Positions 36,132 through 45,299 are shown, counted from the first letter of the stretch. The stretch is DNA of 64,000 nt from Deltaproteobacteria bacterium (GCA_002748835.1 PDTL01000013.1:26576-90575), one strand, 5' to 3'. The notes: a model not told the origin generated them from the sequence alone. Numbers and translations: made by a program.

Positions 36132-36392
36132 ATGGCTGAACTGACCGTTTTTCACAGCGGAAATCCCCGTTGAGTTTCCTGCAAAAAGGCTATAGGTGTA
36201 GCCAAGGAAATGGAAACGATGTTCGGAGAAAAAATACGTCTGAACATTTTCACGACAGATTCTGAAGCCGCGCGGAGCTACAATTTCAGAAGCTCGACAA
36301 ACGTCTTGTTTGACGGTGAACTGATTCCACTAGATATCTCATTGGACAAACAAAAAATGACGGATTTTCTTTCGGAAAAGCTGTCAGCATAA
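36132..36392 (+). CDS. Thioredoxin-fold small redox protein with in-frame UGA at codon 14 (candidate selenoprotein, UxxC)
   Basis: ATG 36132 is preceded by AAGGAG. The reading is MAELTVFHSGNPR-[TGA 36171..36173]-VSCKKAIGVAKEMETMFGEKIRLNIFTTDSEAARSYNFRSSTNVLFDGELIPLDI... The TGA is in frame with track ORF 36210..36392. The U-V-S-C sits exactly where the CxxC follows strand 1 in small thioredoxin-like proteins. A SECIS-like hairpin follows. Confidence 0.6.
36174..36211 (+). promoter_or_regulatory. SECIS-like stem-loop immediately 3' of the UGA
   Basis: Lower stem (G)TTTCCT 36174-36180 pairs with AGGAAA(T) 36205-36211. Upper stem GGCTA 36188-36192 pairs with TAGCC 36199-36203. The apical loop TAGGTG has its G residues 22-25 nt after the UGA. 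Confidence 0.5.
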
Positions 36393-36411
36393 CCGGTGAA
36401 AGGGATAAACC

Positions 36412-37848
36412 ATGTTTAAACAACGATGTCCAGGTGTGGCCTGCCTCTTGACGATTCTGGTGTTCCTGTGGATCCCGGTGCCGCTGCTGGCTGAAGGGGT
36501 ATCTGAACTGATTCGTGATGTTGCCGTGACCACGACTGTCTCTGAAAAAGACACCCAGACCACCATCAATGTCACCCTGAATCCGGAACAGATTTTTGCC
36601 ATGGATGATCTGGCTGAGGCCTTTGCAGAAGATGCAGACGGCGAAATCTATGAATTTACATCTGCGGATTTTATCAGAGATATGTTCAGCACACGCCTTT
36701 TCAGGGTACTGCCGTTTCAGCTTCCCGGAACGGGGATCCGTATTGTCCTGACCGATACCGACGGCAACACGCATCTGTTTCACACGCAGATAAAAACCCC
36801 CAAACGGCTTGAAGCGCCCAACGCGGTTCCCTTTGCCGGTGTCAGTTATGACGGAACCTGGGAAGGCAGTGGGGATCATTACGATGTCTCGTTCACCGTT
36901 GAAAACAATAAACTGACCCTTTTCGAGATCACCTTCGGGGTAGACTGCGGAACCGGATACTGGTACCGGCATACCTGCAGAGACTGGAATCCGCGATCAG
37001 TGGCTGACGGTGATTTTTCTTTCTGGACGTGTAATGGTTCGACGCATTTTGAAGGCACCTTTGCCAACGCTCATGAACTGAGCGGAACCCTTGAGTACAA
37101 CGGCAATTTGGGCTGTGTTTACAATGGAACCTTTGCGGCCATCAACACCATCCATCCGCCTCCTGCAGAACCGGACCCCGGCCCGGGAGATCCGGTGGAT
37201 CCGAATATGAAAACCGTCTACATCCCCCACATCACCGGCGGTTATGCGGAGTGGACAGATTACCTTCAGGTTGACAACTTCGGCATTGCCAATGCGCCCC
37301 TTACGCTCACCCTGTACGCCGCCGATGGAACCTCCCTGTACACCGGCAACCATACGGTTCCCCGTTTGGGCAAAAAGATCCTCACCTTAAAGAAGTTTGC
37401 CGGCGCGGCCACTGCAACATCCGGCGTGATTCGATACACGGAACCCAACCTGAAATTTCGTCTGACCCAGGTGATTCTGGCCGGCGGGATCGCGGAATTC
37501 GAACTCACGGATGAGCGGTCCACCGCTCTGGTCTTCATGTACACGGATTCGCTTCCGCTGTTTAACTGCCAGGCAAAAGGACTGGCCCTCACCAACTTTG
37601 GTGCCAATGCCATCAACGTTACCCTGTCAGCCATCGGCGGCGGTGCGACCTTGGCAACGAAAACTGTGACCGTGCAGCCCAACGCCCACCTGGTGGGGGT
37701 TCACGCTGCGTGGTTTCCTGGGGTTGACATCAATTCGGTGAAGTCCATCCGGGCCACGGCACCGTCTAAGTCCATGGCCGGCATTTCCATTTCAGGCAAC
37801 GCCGGGAATACCAAACTGCTGTTTACGCCGGGAATCTCCATGGACTAA
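36412..37848 (+). CDS. Secreted hypothetical protein (478 aa)
   Basis: Signal peptide MFKQRCPGVACLLTILVFLWIPVPLLAEG. The protein is beta-rich and Thr/Gly/Asn-rich, with a Pro-rich hinge (HPPPAEPDPGPGDPVDP). No family was recognised. Confidence 0.7.
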   Translation: MFKQRCPGVACLLTILVFLWIPVPLLAEGVSELIRDVAVTTTVSEKDTQTTINVTLNPEQIFAMDDLAEAFAEDADGEIYEFTSADFIRDMFSTRLFRVLPFQLPGTGIRIVLTDTDGNTHLFHTQIKTPKRLEAPNAVPFAGVSYDGTWEGSGDHYDVSFTVENNKLTLFEITFGVDCGTGYWYRHTCRDWNPRSVADGDFSFWTCNGSTHFEGTFANAHELSGTLEYNGNLGCVYNGTFAAINTIHPPPAEPDPGPGDPVDPNMKTVYIPHITGGYAEWTDYLQVDNFGIANAPLTLTLYAADGTSLYTGNHTVPRLGKKILTLKKFAGAATATSGVIRYTEPNLKFRLTQVILAGGIAEFELTDERSTALVFMYTDSLPLFNCQAKGLALTNFGANAINVTLSAIGGGATLATKTVTVQPNAHLVGVHAAWFPGVDINSVKSIRATAPSKSMAGISISGNAGNTKLLFTPGISMD

Positions 37849-37854
37849 GTCGGG

Positions 37855-38769
37855 GTGATGCGATCACACGTGATTCAGGCAAATCTCCTGCTCACCCTGA
37901 CGGCGGCGATCTGGGGGTTTTCCTTTGTGGCCCAGCGGGTGGGAATGGACCATGTGGGGCCGTTTACGTTTAACGGTGTCCGCTTCTGGCTGGGGGGGCT
38001 GTCACTCCTGCCATTGATCTGGCTTCGCGGGGGCCGCTATCGCTATACCGATGAAACGTCGCAGACCGGCAGCTGGATGCTGACATACCGGCTTCCCCTG
38101 GGCGGTCTGGCGGCGGGTATCGTACTGTTTTCCGGCGCCACGTTTCAGCAGGTGGGGATTCAGTACACCACCGCCGGAAAGGCCGGGTTCATTACAGGGC
38201 TCTATGTGGTGATTGTTCCGTTCCTGGGTCTGTTTTTCGGGCAGCGGGCCGGTATGGCCACCGTTGCCGGCGCCATCCTGGCCGCAATCGGACTCTATCT
38301 GCTGAGCATCAAGGGCGGGTTTACCATGGCGTTCGGAGATCTGCTGGTGCTCATCAGTGCGTTTTTTTTTGCCATTCACATGCTCCTGATCGGCTATCTG
38401 TCTCCGCAGGTGGATCCGCTTAAACTTTCCTGCCTGCAGTTTCTCTGTTGCGGCACCATCAGTCTGGGGACGGCCGTTGCCATTGAAACCGTCACGCTGA
38501 CCGGTATCCGCATGGCCGCCATACCGATTGTGTTCGGTGGTGTGTTTTCTGTGGGGGTGGCGTATACGCTTCAGACGGTGGCCCAGCAGCATGCGCATCC
38601 GGCCCATGCAGCGGTGATCCTGAGTCTGGAATCCGCCTTTGCCGCACTGGGCGGTTGGCTGTTTCTGGGGGAAATCCTCGGCGGCCGCGGGTGGGTCGGC
38701 TGCGGATTCATGCTCGCCGGGATGATGATTTCCCAGATTCCTGAATCCGGATCCGGTGATACTGGCTGA
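37855..38769 (+). CDS. DMT-superfamily (EamA-like) transporter
   Basis: 304 aa with about 10 hydrophobic helices in two repeats. It has a typical EamA N-terminus (LLLTLTAAIWGFSFVAQRVG) and C-terminus (GGWLFLGEILGGRGWVGCGFMLAGMMI). Confidence 0.8.
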   Translation: MMRSHVIQANLLLTLTAAIWGFSFVAQRVGMDHVGPFTFNGVRFWLGGLSLLPLIWLRGGRYRYTDETSQTGSWMLTYRLPLGGLAAGIVLFSGATFQQVGIQYTTAGKAGFITGLYVVIVPFLGLFFGQRAGMATVAGAILAAIGLYLLSIKGGFTMAFGDLLVLISAFFFAIHMLLIGYLSPQVDPLKLSCLQFLCCGTISLGTAVAIETVTLTGIRMAAIPIVFGGVFSVGVAYTLQTVAQQHAHPAHAAVILSLESAFAALGGWLFLGEILGGRGWVGCGFMLAGMMISQIPESGSGDTG

Positions 38770-38946
38770 CGCGGGTCAGGATGGTGCCGGATTCCAGGGA
38801 CTCTGTCGTGGGATCACTTTTCTGAAATAAATCAGCGCCGCTACTGTTTACCGGCATCTTGCGGGCTGCCGGAAACGGGTCTGGCACTGTCATGTATCAC
38901 AAAGGACGCCGCAAGGTGCCTTTGTTCGCGCCTCACAGCCAGGCCC

Positions 38947-39885
38947 CTATTTTGCGCCCGCCTCTTTTGCAAAGCTCAGGTCGACAAATTGCGCCATGTC
39001 GATCTTGCGTTTCATGATTTTCATTTCAGTGTGCATATAGTCCTGGATGATTTCAAGGTCACTCACCACCGGCATCAGTTCGTCTGTTGAAATCCGTTGA
39101 CGCGGGTCGGTGAGTACCGCTTTGATCACGTCCGGGTCCTGGCCGAGAAAATGGGCACCGATGATGGCCGCATTTTCCGGCTGGGCTTGAACTGAACGGC
39201 CGGAACGGACCAGAGAGGTGGTGATTTCCTGTACTGCATCCGGATATTGGCCGATGATTTCATCCCGCATGACAAGCACGCAGCAGGGGTGGCCGGACCA
39301 GAGCTCTTTTGACAGATGGAATTCTTCGGCAAATCCGGCGGCAATGGCCTGGGAACCAATGGGCTCGGCAACGATGAAACCGGCGATTTCGCCTGCTTCG
39401 TCATACTTGAGCGCTTCGTTCATCATCATGGGGGCCACCACTTCAAGGGTCACATCAATACCCGGCATGTTGCTGGTGCCCGGTTTCATCCCTTTTTCAG
39501 CCAGCAGTTTGTGAAACAGCATGTTGTGCACAGAAAGCTGATAGGGGATGAGAATGGCTTTTCCTGCAAAATCCTCGATTTTCTGAATGTTGGCGGCCTT
39601 GTTCTTGACCAGAATACTGCCGGATTTATGGGTGAAGAGGATGAGTTTCACGTTGACACCGGACTTGAACAGATCCATGGCCGTCGGTGCCAGAATGAAA
39701 GCGCCGTCAATGGTTTTTGCGGCAAGGGCGTCGGCAATTTCGTTCCAGCCGTTTTTCGCCACGGTTTCCATGTGGCAGTAGTTGAATACTTCCATTTTTT
39801 TTTTCAGCTTGAGATCGGTCACCCCCAGAATGAGATGATCGGTTATCTTCAGGTGTCCGATTTTGATGACCGGCTTTTCCCCCAT
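38947..39885 (-). CDS. NMT1/NrtA-like (NitT/TauT-family) substrate-binding-fold protein without signal peptide
   Basis: MGEKPVIKIGHLKITDHLILGV ... ILIPYQLSVHNMLFHKLL resembles nitrate/sulfonate/bicarbonate-type binding proteins. The start at ATG 39885 is preceded by AAGGAGAG. No leader peptide is present. Confidence 0.6.
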   Translation of the reverse strand: MGEKPVIKIGHLKITDHLILGVTDLKLKKKMEVFNYCHMETVAKNGWNEIADALAAKTIDGAFILAPTAMDLFKSGVNVKLILFTHKSGSILVKNKAANIQKIEDFAGKAILIPYQLSVHNMLFHKLLAEKGMKPGTSNMPGIDVTLEVVAPMMMNEALKYDEAGEIAGFIVAEPIGSQAIAAGFAEEFHLSKELWSGHPCCVLVMRDEIIGQYPDAVQEITTSLVRSGRSVQAQPENAAIIGAHFLGQDPDVIKAVLTDPRQRISTDELMPVVSDLEIIQDYMHTEMKIMKRKIDMAQFVDLSFAKEAGAK

Positions 39886-40375
39886 GGGCTCTCTCCTTGA
39901 CAAAAGGTCGCGGAACTGCGGTGATGTTGTGGTTGATCGGAAACATAACCGGCTGACGCCGGAGACGTTTCGCTAGATATCGTGCGCCGTGAACGTACTG
40001 GAATCCGAGAAGAAACACGGTTACAGGAAAGTCTTGACACATTACTTACCCGTCATCATATCAAACCCCCTGCGCGATGGCAATACGCAAAATGGGCCGA
40101 TTGCCATGCGGCGAGGGGGCCGTCGTGCACTGAAACGTCCAGCGTCCGTTGCAGCAGATGAATCGATATCACAAGACACTGCATGGGAAAAAGAAAGGGC
40201 GCGGATTTCACGACTTCAGTATTGGTGAGAACGGACGATAGTATCAGAAACGGTTTTTCGAATATCGGCCGTTGCAAGACGTTACCGGTTGCACAGGCAA
40301 TAGGGATATGGATCTATCGGGTGGCGTCAGAGCAAGTGTGTCAAGACATCGATGCCATATGGAGGATGAACGCAT

Positions 40376-41557
40376 ATGCGTGGACAGGATGATCGACTTG
40401 GTGGAACCAGTGGTTTTTTGGGCGCCATCATGGGGCTGGTTTCTCAGCTGCTTGACGGCATTGTCGAGACGCAGGAGCGGCAGGCCGCGGCCATGGAACG
40501 GCGGGCAGACGCCGATGAGCGAACGGTCGCTGCCATTGAGGAGCGAAACCGGCTGGAAGCACGAAAAATAAACGCACTTGAACGGATTGCCGATAAACTG
40601 GGTGAGGGCCGGCTTTCAGCGCCATCTCCCAAATCGCATACGGCCAGGACTGAAGTGGGGACAGACGATCCAGTTGAAGACGGGACCGCTGAAAGACACG
40701 GGGAAGATCTTCATGCCGTTGCGACAGATGATCTGTTTTTCCAGGAGAAGGATTCGGCAGAGGCACTGGATATAGATTCGCTGGTCGATGCGGTGGATGA
40801 CCTTTCCGTGCTGCTGGATGATCCGGCAGTGGTGGCTGCCCCTGTAGATGACTTGGCCGGCCTGCTGGATGCGCCGTCACCGGCCGCTGCACCTGTGGAT
40901 GATCTGTCCTTGCTGCTGGATGAAGTGGATGATCTTGCGGCCCAGATCGATGATGATGAACCCGGTATAACGGGCCGAGAGGCAGATGGGCCGGCTGCTG
41001 AGGGCACCGAAAACCTAGCGGATGTCATGACACAGGCAAATCCGTTATCGGATATGGATGACACAGCCCTTGTCACCAATGATGATATTGATGCGCTGCT
41101 GGCCAGCATGTCAGCTTCGGCGGCTGAACCGGCTCCGGCGGTTCCGGACACAAAAGTCGATTCACCCCCCCAGGCGATGCGAGATGCTCCTACAGACGCC
41201 GTTGACGACCCAATGGACACCGGGAATGAGCCGCCGGCTGAGGAAACAGAGATCGTAGACGATGTGGATGATCTTTCCGCGCTCCTGGATGATCTTGAGG
41301 ATGCCGGTCCGCCAACGGTTGAAGCGGCCCTTGCCGCAGAAAACCTACCAGACCCCCGAGTGGACCCGGATGCGTATAAAACTCGGATGATCAGCCGGGT
41401 GATCGGGCTGCGGGAAGCGGGGCTGACCGCAGCAGAGACCGCAGAACAGCTCAATCAAAAAGGGCTGCCCCCATTGTCCGGCAGCGGGCAGTGGAAAATC
41501 GGCACCATTGAAAAGATCTATCAGTTCATCGCGTCTTCAGCAAAACAGCGAGGGTAA
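40376..41557 (+). CDS. Acidic repeat protein (VDDLxxLLD motifs) with C-terminal recombinase-type HTH-like segment
   Basis: 393 aa with a GGAGGA RBS. An N-terminal coiled coil (RRADADERTVAAIEERNRLEARKINALERIADKL) is followed by VDDLSVLLDD, VDDLAGLLDA, VDDLSLLLDE, VDDLAAQIDD, DIDALLASM and VDDLSALLDDLED. The C-terminus is VIGLREAGLTAAETAEQLNQKGLPPLSGSGQWKIGTIEKIYQFI. Confidence 0.7.
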   Translation: MRGQDDRLGGTSGFLGAIMGLVSQLLDGIVETQERQAAAMERRADADERTVAAIEERNRLEARKINALERIADKLGEGRLSAPSPKSHTARTEVGTDDPVEDGTAERHGEDLHAVATDDLFFQEKDSAEALDIDSLVDAVDDLSVLLDDPAVVAAPVDDLAGLLDAPSPAAAPVDDLSLLLDEVDDLAAQIDDDEPGITGREADGPAAEGTENLADVMTQANPLSDMDDTALVTNDDIDALLASMSASAAEPAPAVPDTKVDSPPQAMRDAPTDAVDDPMDTGNEPPAEETEIVDDVDDLSALLDDLEDAGPPTVEAALAAENLPDPRVDPDAYKTRMISRVIGLREAGLTAAETAEQLNQKGLPPLSGSGQWKIGTIEKIYQFIASSAKQRG

Positions 41558-41564
41558 TCTGTTT

Positions 41565-42011
41565 TTACGCGGGCATGAGGAGCTTGAATCCGGTGGCCGC
41601 ATCTGTACGGCGGACAGCCGTGCAATCGTTGAGCTCAAACAGAATCGCTTCCATGACATGCCAGACCTTGACCCCCTGGCGGATACATCCGGTCACGGTC
41701 TGATCGTTTCGGCCGCAGGCCATGTGCAGGTGGAGGGTCGGGACCCCGGTGTCATCGGGGAACAGGGTGCCGGTGCCGACAATTTCATGGGCGTTATCAA
41801 GCACATGCTGCATGGGATTCACGGGCACACCGCGGGTCGACTCGGGGCCAACCACCAGGCGTGAACCTTCATCTGCACCGCCGACAATGATCAGGCCGGC
41901 AGCGGTAATTTTTTCTGTTTGCGCAAGTTGTTCGATGGCCGCGTGTACAATGTCGCCGTCTTCAAGCCGGATAACGAAGATCCGGCCCCAGGTGGCTGTG
42001 GTATATTTCAT
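41565..42011 (-). CDS. PPC (DUF296) domain protein
   Basis: 148 aa. GRIFVIRLEDGDIVHAAIEQLAQTEKITAAGLIIVGG ... EIVGTGTLFPDD ... LHLHMACG fits the PPC/DUF296 pattern as I remember it. Confidence 0.6.
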   Translation of the reverse strand: MKYTTATWGRIFVIRLEDGDIVHAAIEQLAQTEKITAAGLIIVGGADEGSRLVVGPESTRGVPVNPMQHVLDNAHEIVGTGTLFPDDTGVPTLHLHMACGRNDQTVTGCIRQGVKVWHVMEAILFELNDCTAVRRTDAATGFKLLMPA

Positions 42012-42402
42012 GTGTTCACCTCACAGGGGGCGTTGCGCCGGACCTGTGACCGTTATGCATTCACGGGGGGGGGAATACACCCTGCGATAACACCCGTGTG
42101 CGGGGTTGTTCAGGTTCCAGGTGCGGGCTCGATCCGTTTGTGTTCCAACTGGGTGTTCAGGGTGCGGGTTTGTTTTTCCGGCTGACTGTGGGCCTGAGTC
42201 AGTTTGGCGATGAACCCTTTGCTCACCTGTTCCCAGATTCTCTGAATTTTTATTTCATCCATCATGATACCTCTCTGTCTGTCAATTTTCAAGGACGATC
42301 ACTGTGGTGACGGTCTGCTGAAACCTTTAATATCTTGCAGGGAATTCTGCAGGGAACGTGCCAGAGCGGTTTTGATCGGTGGGGAGCCTGTATCATTTTC
42401 TT

Positions 42403-42426
42403 TGAATAAAACAGCTCTGAGCTGTT
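42403..42426 (-). terminator. Rho-independent terminator of the hemL-mpl operon
   Basis: The minus strand reads AACAGCT-cag-AGCTGTT followed by TTTATTC, about 150 nt downstream of the mpl stop. Confidence 0.55.
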
Positions 42427-42576
42427 ATTTCAATACGCTTCGGCGGATTGATGATAAAAAAAACAGCCCGTCAATATCAAAATGATGGGATGGCCACATT
42501 TTTTTTCGTCAACGTGCCGACACCGCGTCAAAAGACCGGCAGGTGTTGCGGAAAATATTGCCGGGTTTTCAACCGG

Positions 42577-44013
42577 TCAGCGGTGTGAGATCTGTTTTTT
42601 CGCCAACCGCTTCACCAGGCGCGTGTGAATACAGTCAAACCCGCCATTGGACATGATGAGAATCAGGTCACCGGGACGGGCATCTGTTTCGAGTGCATCA
42701 AGGATCGCATCCGTGTCCGGAAAAGACCGGGCATCCTTTCCTCGTGATCGCAGATCGGCTGCCAGCTGCTCAGATGAAAACCGGATATCCTCGGGAATCT
42801 TTGAAAGCAGGGGCGGCTGCCGGATATAGATCCGGTCTGCCGGCTCAAAGGCATGGGCATAGGCGTTTTGAAACACATTTCGCATGCTGGTGTGGGTTCG
42901 GGGTTCGAAGACGGCAACGATCCTGCCGTCTGTGTAGTGGGGAACCACGGCGTTCAGGGTTTCCTTCACCGCCGTGGGATGGTGGGCGAAATCGTCCATT
43001 ACGGTGATGCCGCCCGGTGTGCCCCGGACTTCCTGTCTGCGTTTGACGCCCTGAAACGCCATCAGTCCGGATTGAATTGTGTGTGCAGACAGCCCTATGA
43101 CCTCATGGCAGAGGCTGATGACCGCCAGGATATTGGCGCGGTTGTGCCGGCCCATAAGCGGCGAGACAAAGGTACCAAAGGGCCGACCGTCACAGGTGAT
43201 GTCAATCTGCGTATGCGGGCCGTCGATCCTGACATGTGTGATCTGCCAGTCTGCGTCCGGTGCATTTCCGAAGGTGCGGACCCGGCACCCGGCAGACCGA
43301 ATCACCTCCCGCACATGGGGGTCTGCGGCCTGGGCAAACAGGCGGGCGTTCCGGGGGATACGGGAAACGAATTGTTCAAAGGTCGCTTTGACATGCGCCA
43401 GATCCCGGTAGATATCCGCATGGTCAAACTCGATGTTGCCGAGAATGGCCGCGTGCGGCGGATAATGGAAAAATTTGGCCTGCTTGTCAAAGAAAGCGGT
43501 ATCATATTCATCTCCCTCAATGACCACCGTATCCCCGGCACCTAACCGATAGTTACTGCTAAAGTTTTTCAGAATCCCGCCGATGATAAACGATGGGTCC
43601 TGGCCTGCAAAATGGAGTATCCAGGCCAGCAGGGAAGCGGTGGTGGTCTTTCCGTGGGTGCCGGTGACCAGAAGGATTTTTTTCCCGTCCGCCACAAACC
43701 GGTTGAGCGCCTGGGGCATGGAGCAGTACGGAATCCCTTTTGCCTGGGCAGCCAGCACTTCGGGATTGTCTTTGCCTGCCACGTTGCCCACGATCACCAG
43801 ATCCGGATGATGGGACAGGTGGTCCGGTGTGAATCCTTCCATGAGCGTTACGCCTTTTTCCCTGAGAAAATCGCTCATGGGCGGATAAACAGCCTGATCA
43901 GATCCGGTCACCCGAAACCCCAGATCCTTGAGCATGCAGGCGGTCGCACCCATGGCCGTACCGCAGGCCCCGATCAGGTGGATGGAGGCGACGGTGCCCG
44001 GAAAAAACGGCAT
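42577..44013 (-). CDS. mpl: UDP-N-acetylmuramate:L-alanyl-gamma-D-glutamyl-meso-diaminopimelate ligase
   Basis: IHLIGACGTAMGATACMLKDLGFRVTGSDQAVYPPMSDFL, GTHGKTTT, DEYDTAFFDK, NIEFDHADIY, DDFAHHPTA and the C-terminal LILIMSNGGF track E. coli Mpl closely (from memory). The start overlaps the hemL stop (ATGA). Confidence 0.85.
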   Translation of the reverse strand: MPFFPGTVASIHLIGACGTAMGATACMLKDLGFRVTGSDQAVYPPMSDFLREKGVTLMEGFTPDHLSHHPDLVIVGNVAGKDNPEVLAAQAKGIPYCSMPQALNRFVADGKKILLVTGTHGKTTTASLLAWILHFAGQDPSFIIGGILKNFSSNYRLGAGDTVVIEGDEYDTAFFDKQAKFFHYPPHAAILGNIEFDHADIYRDLAHVKATFEQFVSRIPRNARLFAQAADPHVREVIRSAGCRVRTFGNAPDADWQITHVRIDGPHTQIDITCDGRPFGTFVSPLMGRHNRANILAVISLCHEVIGLSAHTIQSGLMAFQGVKRRQEVRGTPGGITVMDDFAHHPTAVKETLNAVVPHYTDGRIVAVFEPRTHTSMRNVFQNAYAHAFEPADRIYIRQPPLLSKIPEDIRFSSEQLAADLRSRGKDARSFPDTDAILDALETDARPGDLILIMSNGGFDCIHTRLVKRLAKKQISHR

Positions 44014-45299
44014 CAGGCCAGCTCCCTGAAGGTCTCTTTTGCCGCTTCGAGGGTGGCGTCGATATCCGCGTCCGTATGCGCGGCAGAGACAAACCCGGCC
44101 TCGAACTGGGACGGGGCCAGGTAAACACCGCGTTTACGCATACCGGCATACCAGGCAGAGAACCGGTTGAGGTCGGATGTCCTGGCCGCGTCAAAATTGC
44201 GGATGGGACCGGCGGCAAAAAAAAGGCCGGTCATGGATCCCGCCCGGGTGCCGTACACAGGAATTCCCGCCTGGGCAGCCGCCTCGACAAGTCCGTCCGA
44301 GAGAGCGGCGGCTTTTTTATCCAGCGCATCGTAGAATCCGGGTGTGCGGATGGCGTCAAGGGTGGCGATACCCGCTGCCATGGCGAGTGGGTTCCCGGAC
44401 AGGGTGCCGGCTTGGTAAACGGGTCCCACAGGTGCCACATGAGAGAGGATTTCTTTTTTGCCACCATAGGCACCCACCGGCAGACCGCCGCCGATGATCT
44501 TGCCAAAGCAGGAAATATCCGGATCAATGCCGTACACCGACTGGGCACCGCCCAAGGCCACGCGGAAACCGGTCATGACCTCATCAAGGATAAACAGGGC
44601 CCCATGTGCGGCGGTCAACTCTCGGATGGCCTGCAGAAAACCGGGCTCGGGCAGTACCGTCCCCATGTTTCCGGCCACGGGTTCTGCAATCACGGCGGCA
44701 ATCTTTTCCCCCTGTTCGGCCATGACCCGGGCAAGGGTGTCGGTATCATTGTAGGGAAGGGAGAGGGTGGTTTTGGTGACGGCCGCCGGTACCCCTGGGC
44801 TTCCGGGGATGTTCAGGGTGGCAACGCCGGAGCCGGCCGCCACGAGGAGCAGGTCCGCGTGTCCGTGATAGCAGCCGTCAAACTTGATGATGAGATCCCG
44901 TTTCGTATACCCTCTGGCCAGTCGGATGGCACTCATGGTGGCTTCGGTGCCCGAGTTGACCATGCGGACCCTTTCAACAGAGGGGACGCAGTCGATGACC
45001 CGTTTTGCCAGCTGAATTTCAAGTTCCGTGGGTGCGCCAAAGCTGGTGCCTTTTGCCAGGGCTGCCGTGATGGCGGAAATTACATCCGGATGCCGGTGCC
45101 CCAGAATCATGGGCCCCCAGGAACCGACATAGTCAATATAGATGTTGCCGTCTGCGTCATAGAGGTACGCACCGTCCGCCTTGTCGATAAAGAGCGGGGG
45201 AACGCCCACGGATTTACAGGCGCGTACCGGGCTGTTCACGCCGCCGGGGATGAGGGTCGATGCGGTGTCAAAAAGGGTCTGGGATGTGTCTGGGGTCAT
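44013..45299 (-). CDS. hemL: Glutamate-1-semialdehyde 2,1-aminomutase
   Basis: LIPGGVNSPVRA, the GTFxxNP-type segment AGTLSGNPLAMAAG, and the PLP-lysine region FGKIIGGGLPVGAYGG. The start is at ATG 45299 (GGGAGA upstream). The 445-aa antisense ORF 44076..45413 is rejected. Confidence 0.9.
   Translation of the reverse strand: MTPDTSQTLFDTASTLIPGGVNSPVRACKSVGVPPLFIDKADGAYLYDADGNIYIDYVGSWGPMILGHRHPDVISAITAALAKGTSFGAPTELEIQLAKRVIDCVPSVERVRMVNSGTEATMSAIRLARGYTKRDLIIKFDGCYHGHADLLLVAAGSGVATLNIPGSPGVPAAVTKTTLSLPYNDTDTLARVMAEQGEKIAAVIAEPVAGNMGTVLPEPGFLQAIRELTAAHGALFILDEVMTGFRVALGGAQSVYGIDPDISCFGKIIGGGLPVGAYGGKKEILSHVAPVGPVYQAGTLSGNPLAMAAGIATLDAIRTPGFYDALDKKAAALSDGLVEAAAQAGIPVYGTRAGSMTGLFFAAGPIRNFDAARTSDLNRFSAWYAGMRKRGVYLAPSQFEAGFVSAAHTDADIDATLEAAKETFRELA

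Noticed and set aside
38901-38927. Hairpin ACAAAGG-N13-CCTTTGT between the DMT gene and the binding-protein gene as a bidirectional terminator
   Set aside because: The stem has only 7 bp with a 13-nt loop and there is no U-tract on either strand. This is insufficient to call a terminator.
40711-41454. 247-aa minus-strand ORF rich in Ser/Ala
   Set aside because: It is antisense to the acidic repeat gene. GAT/GAC-rich coding DNA gives Ser/Ile-rich antisense frames. It has no start context. The plus-strand gene has a GGAGGA RBS.
42110-42292. 60-aa minus-strand ORF between the PPC gene and mpl
   Set aside because: An internal start (MMDEIKIQRIWEQV...) has a GAGAGG-like RBS, so it might be a real small protein. 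I recognise no family, so it is left uncalled.
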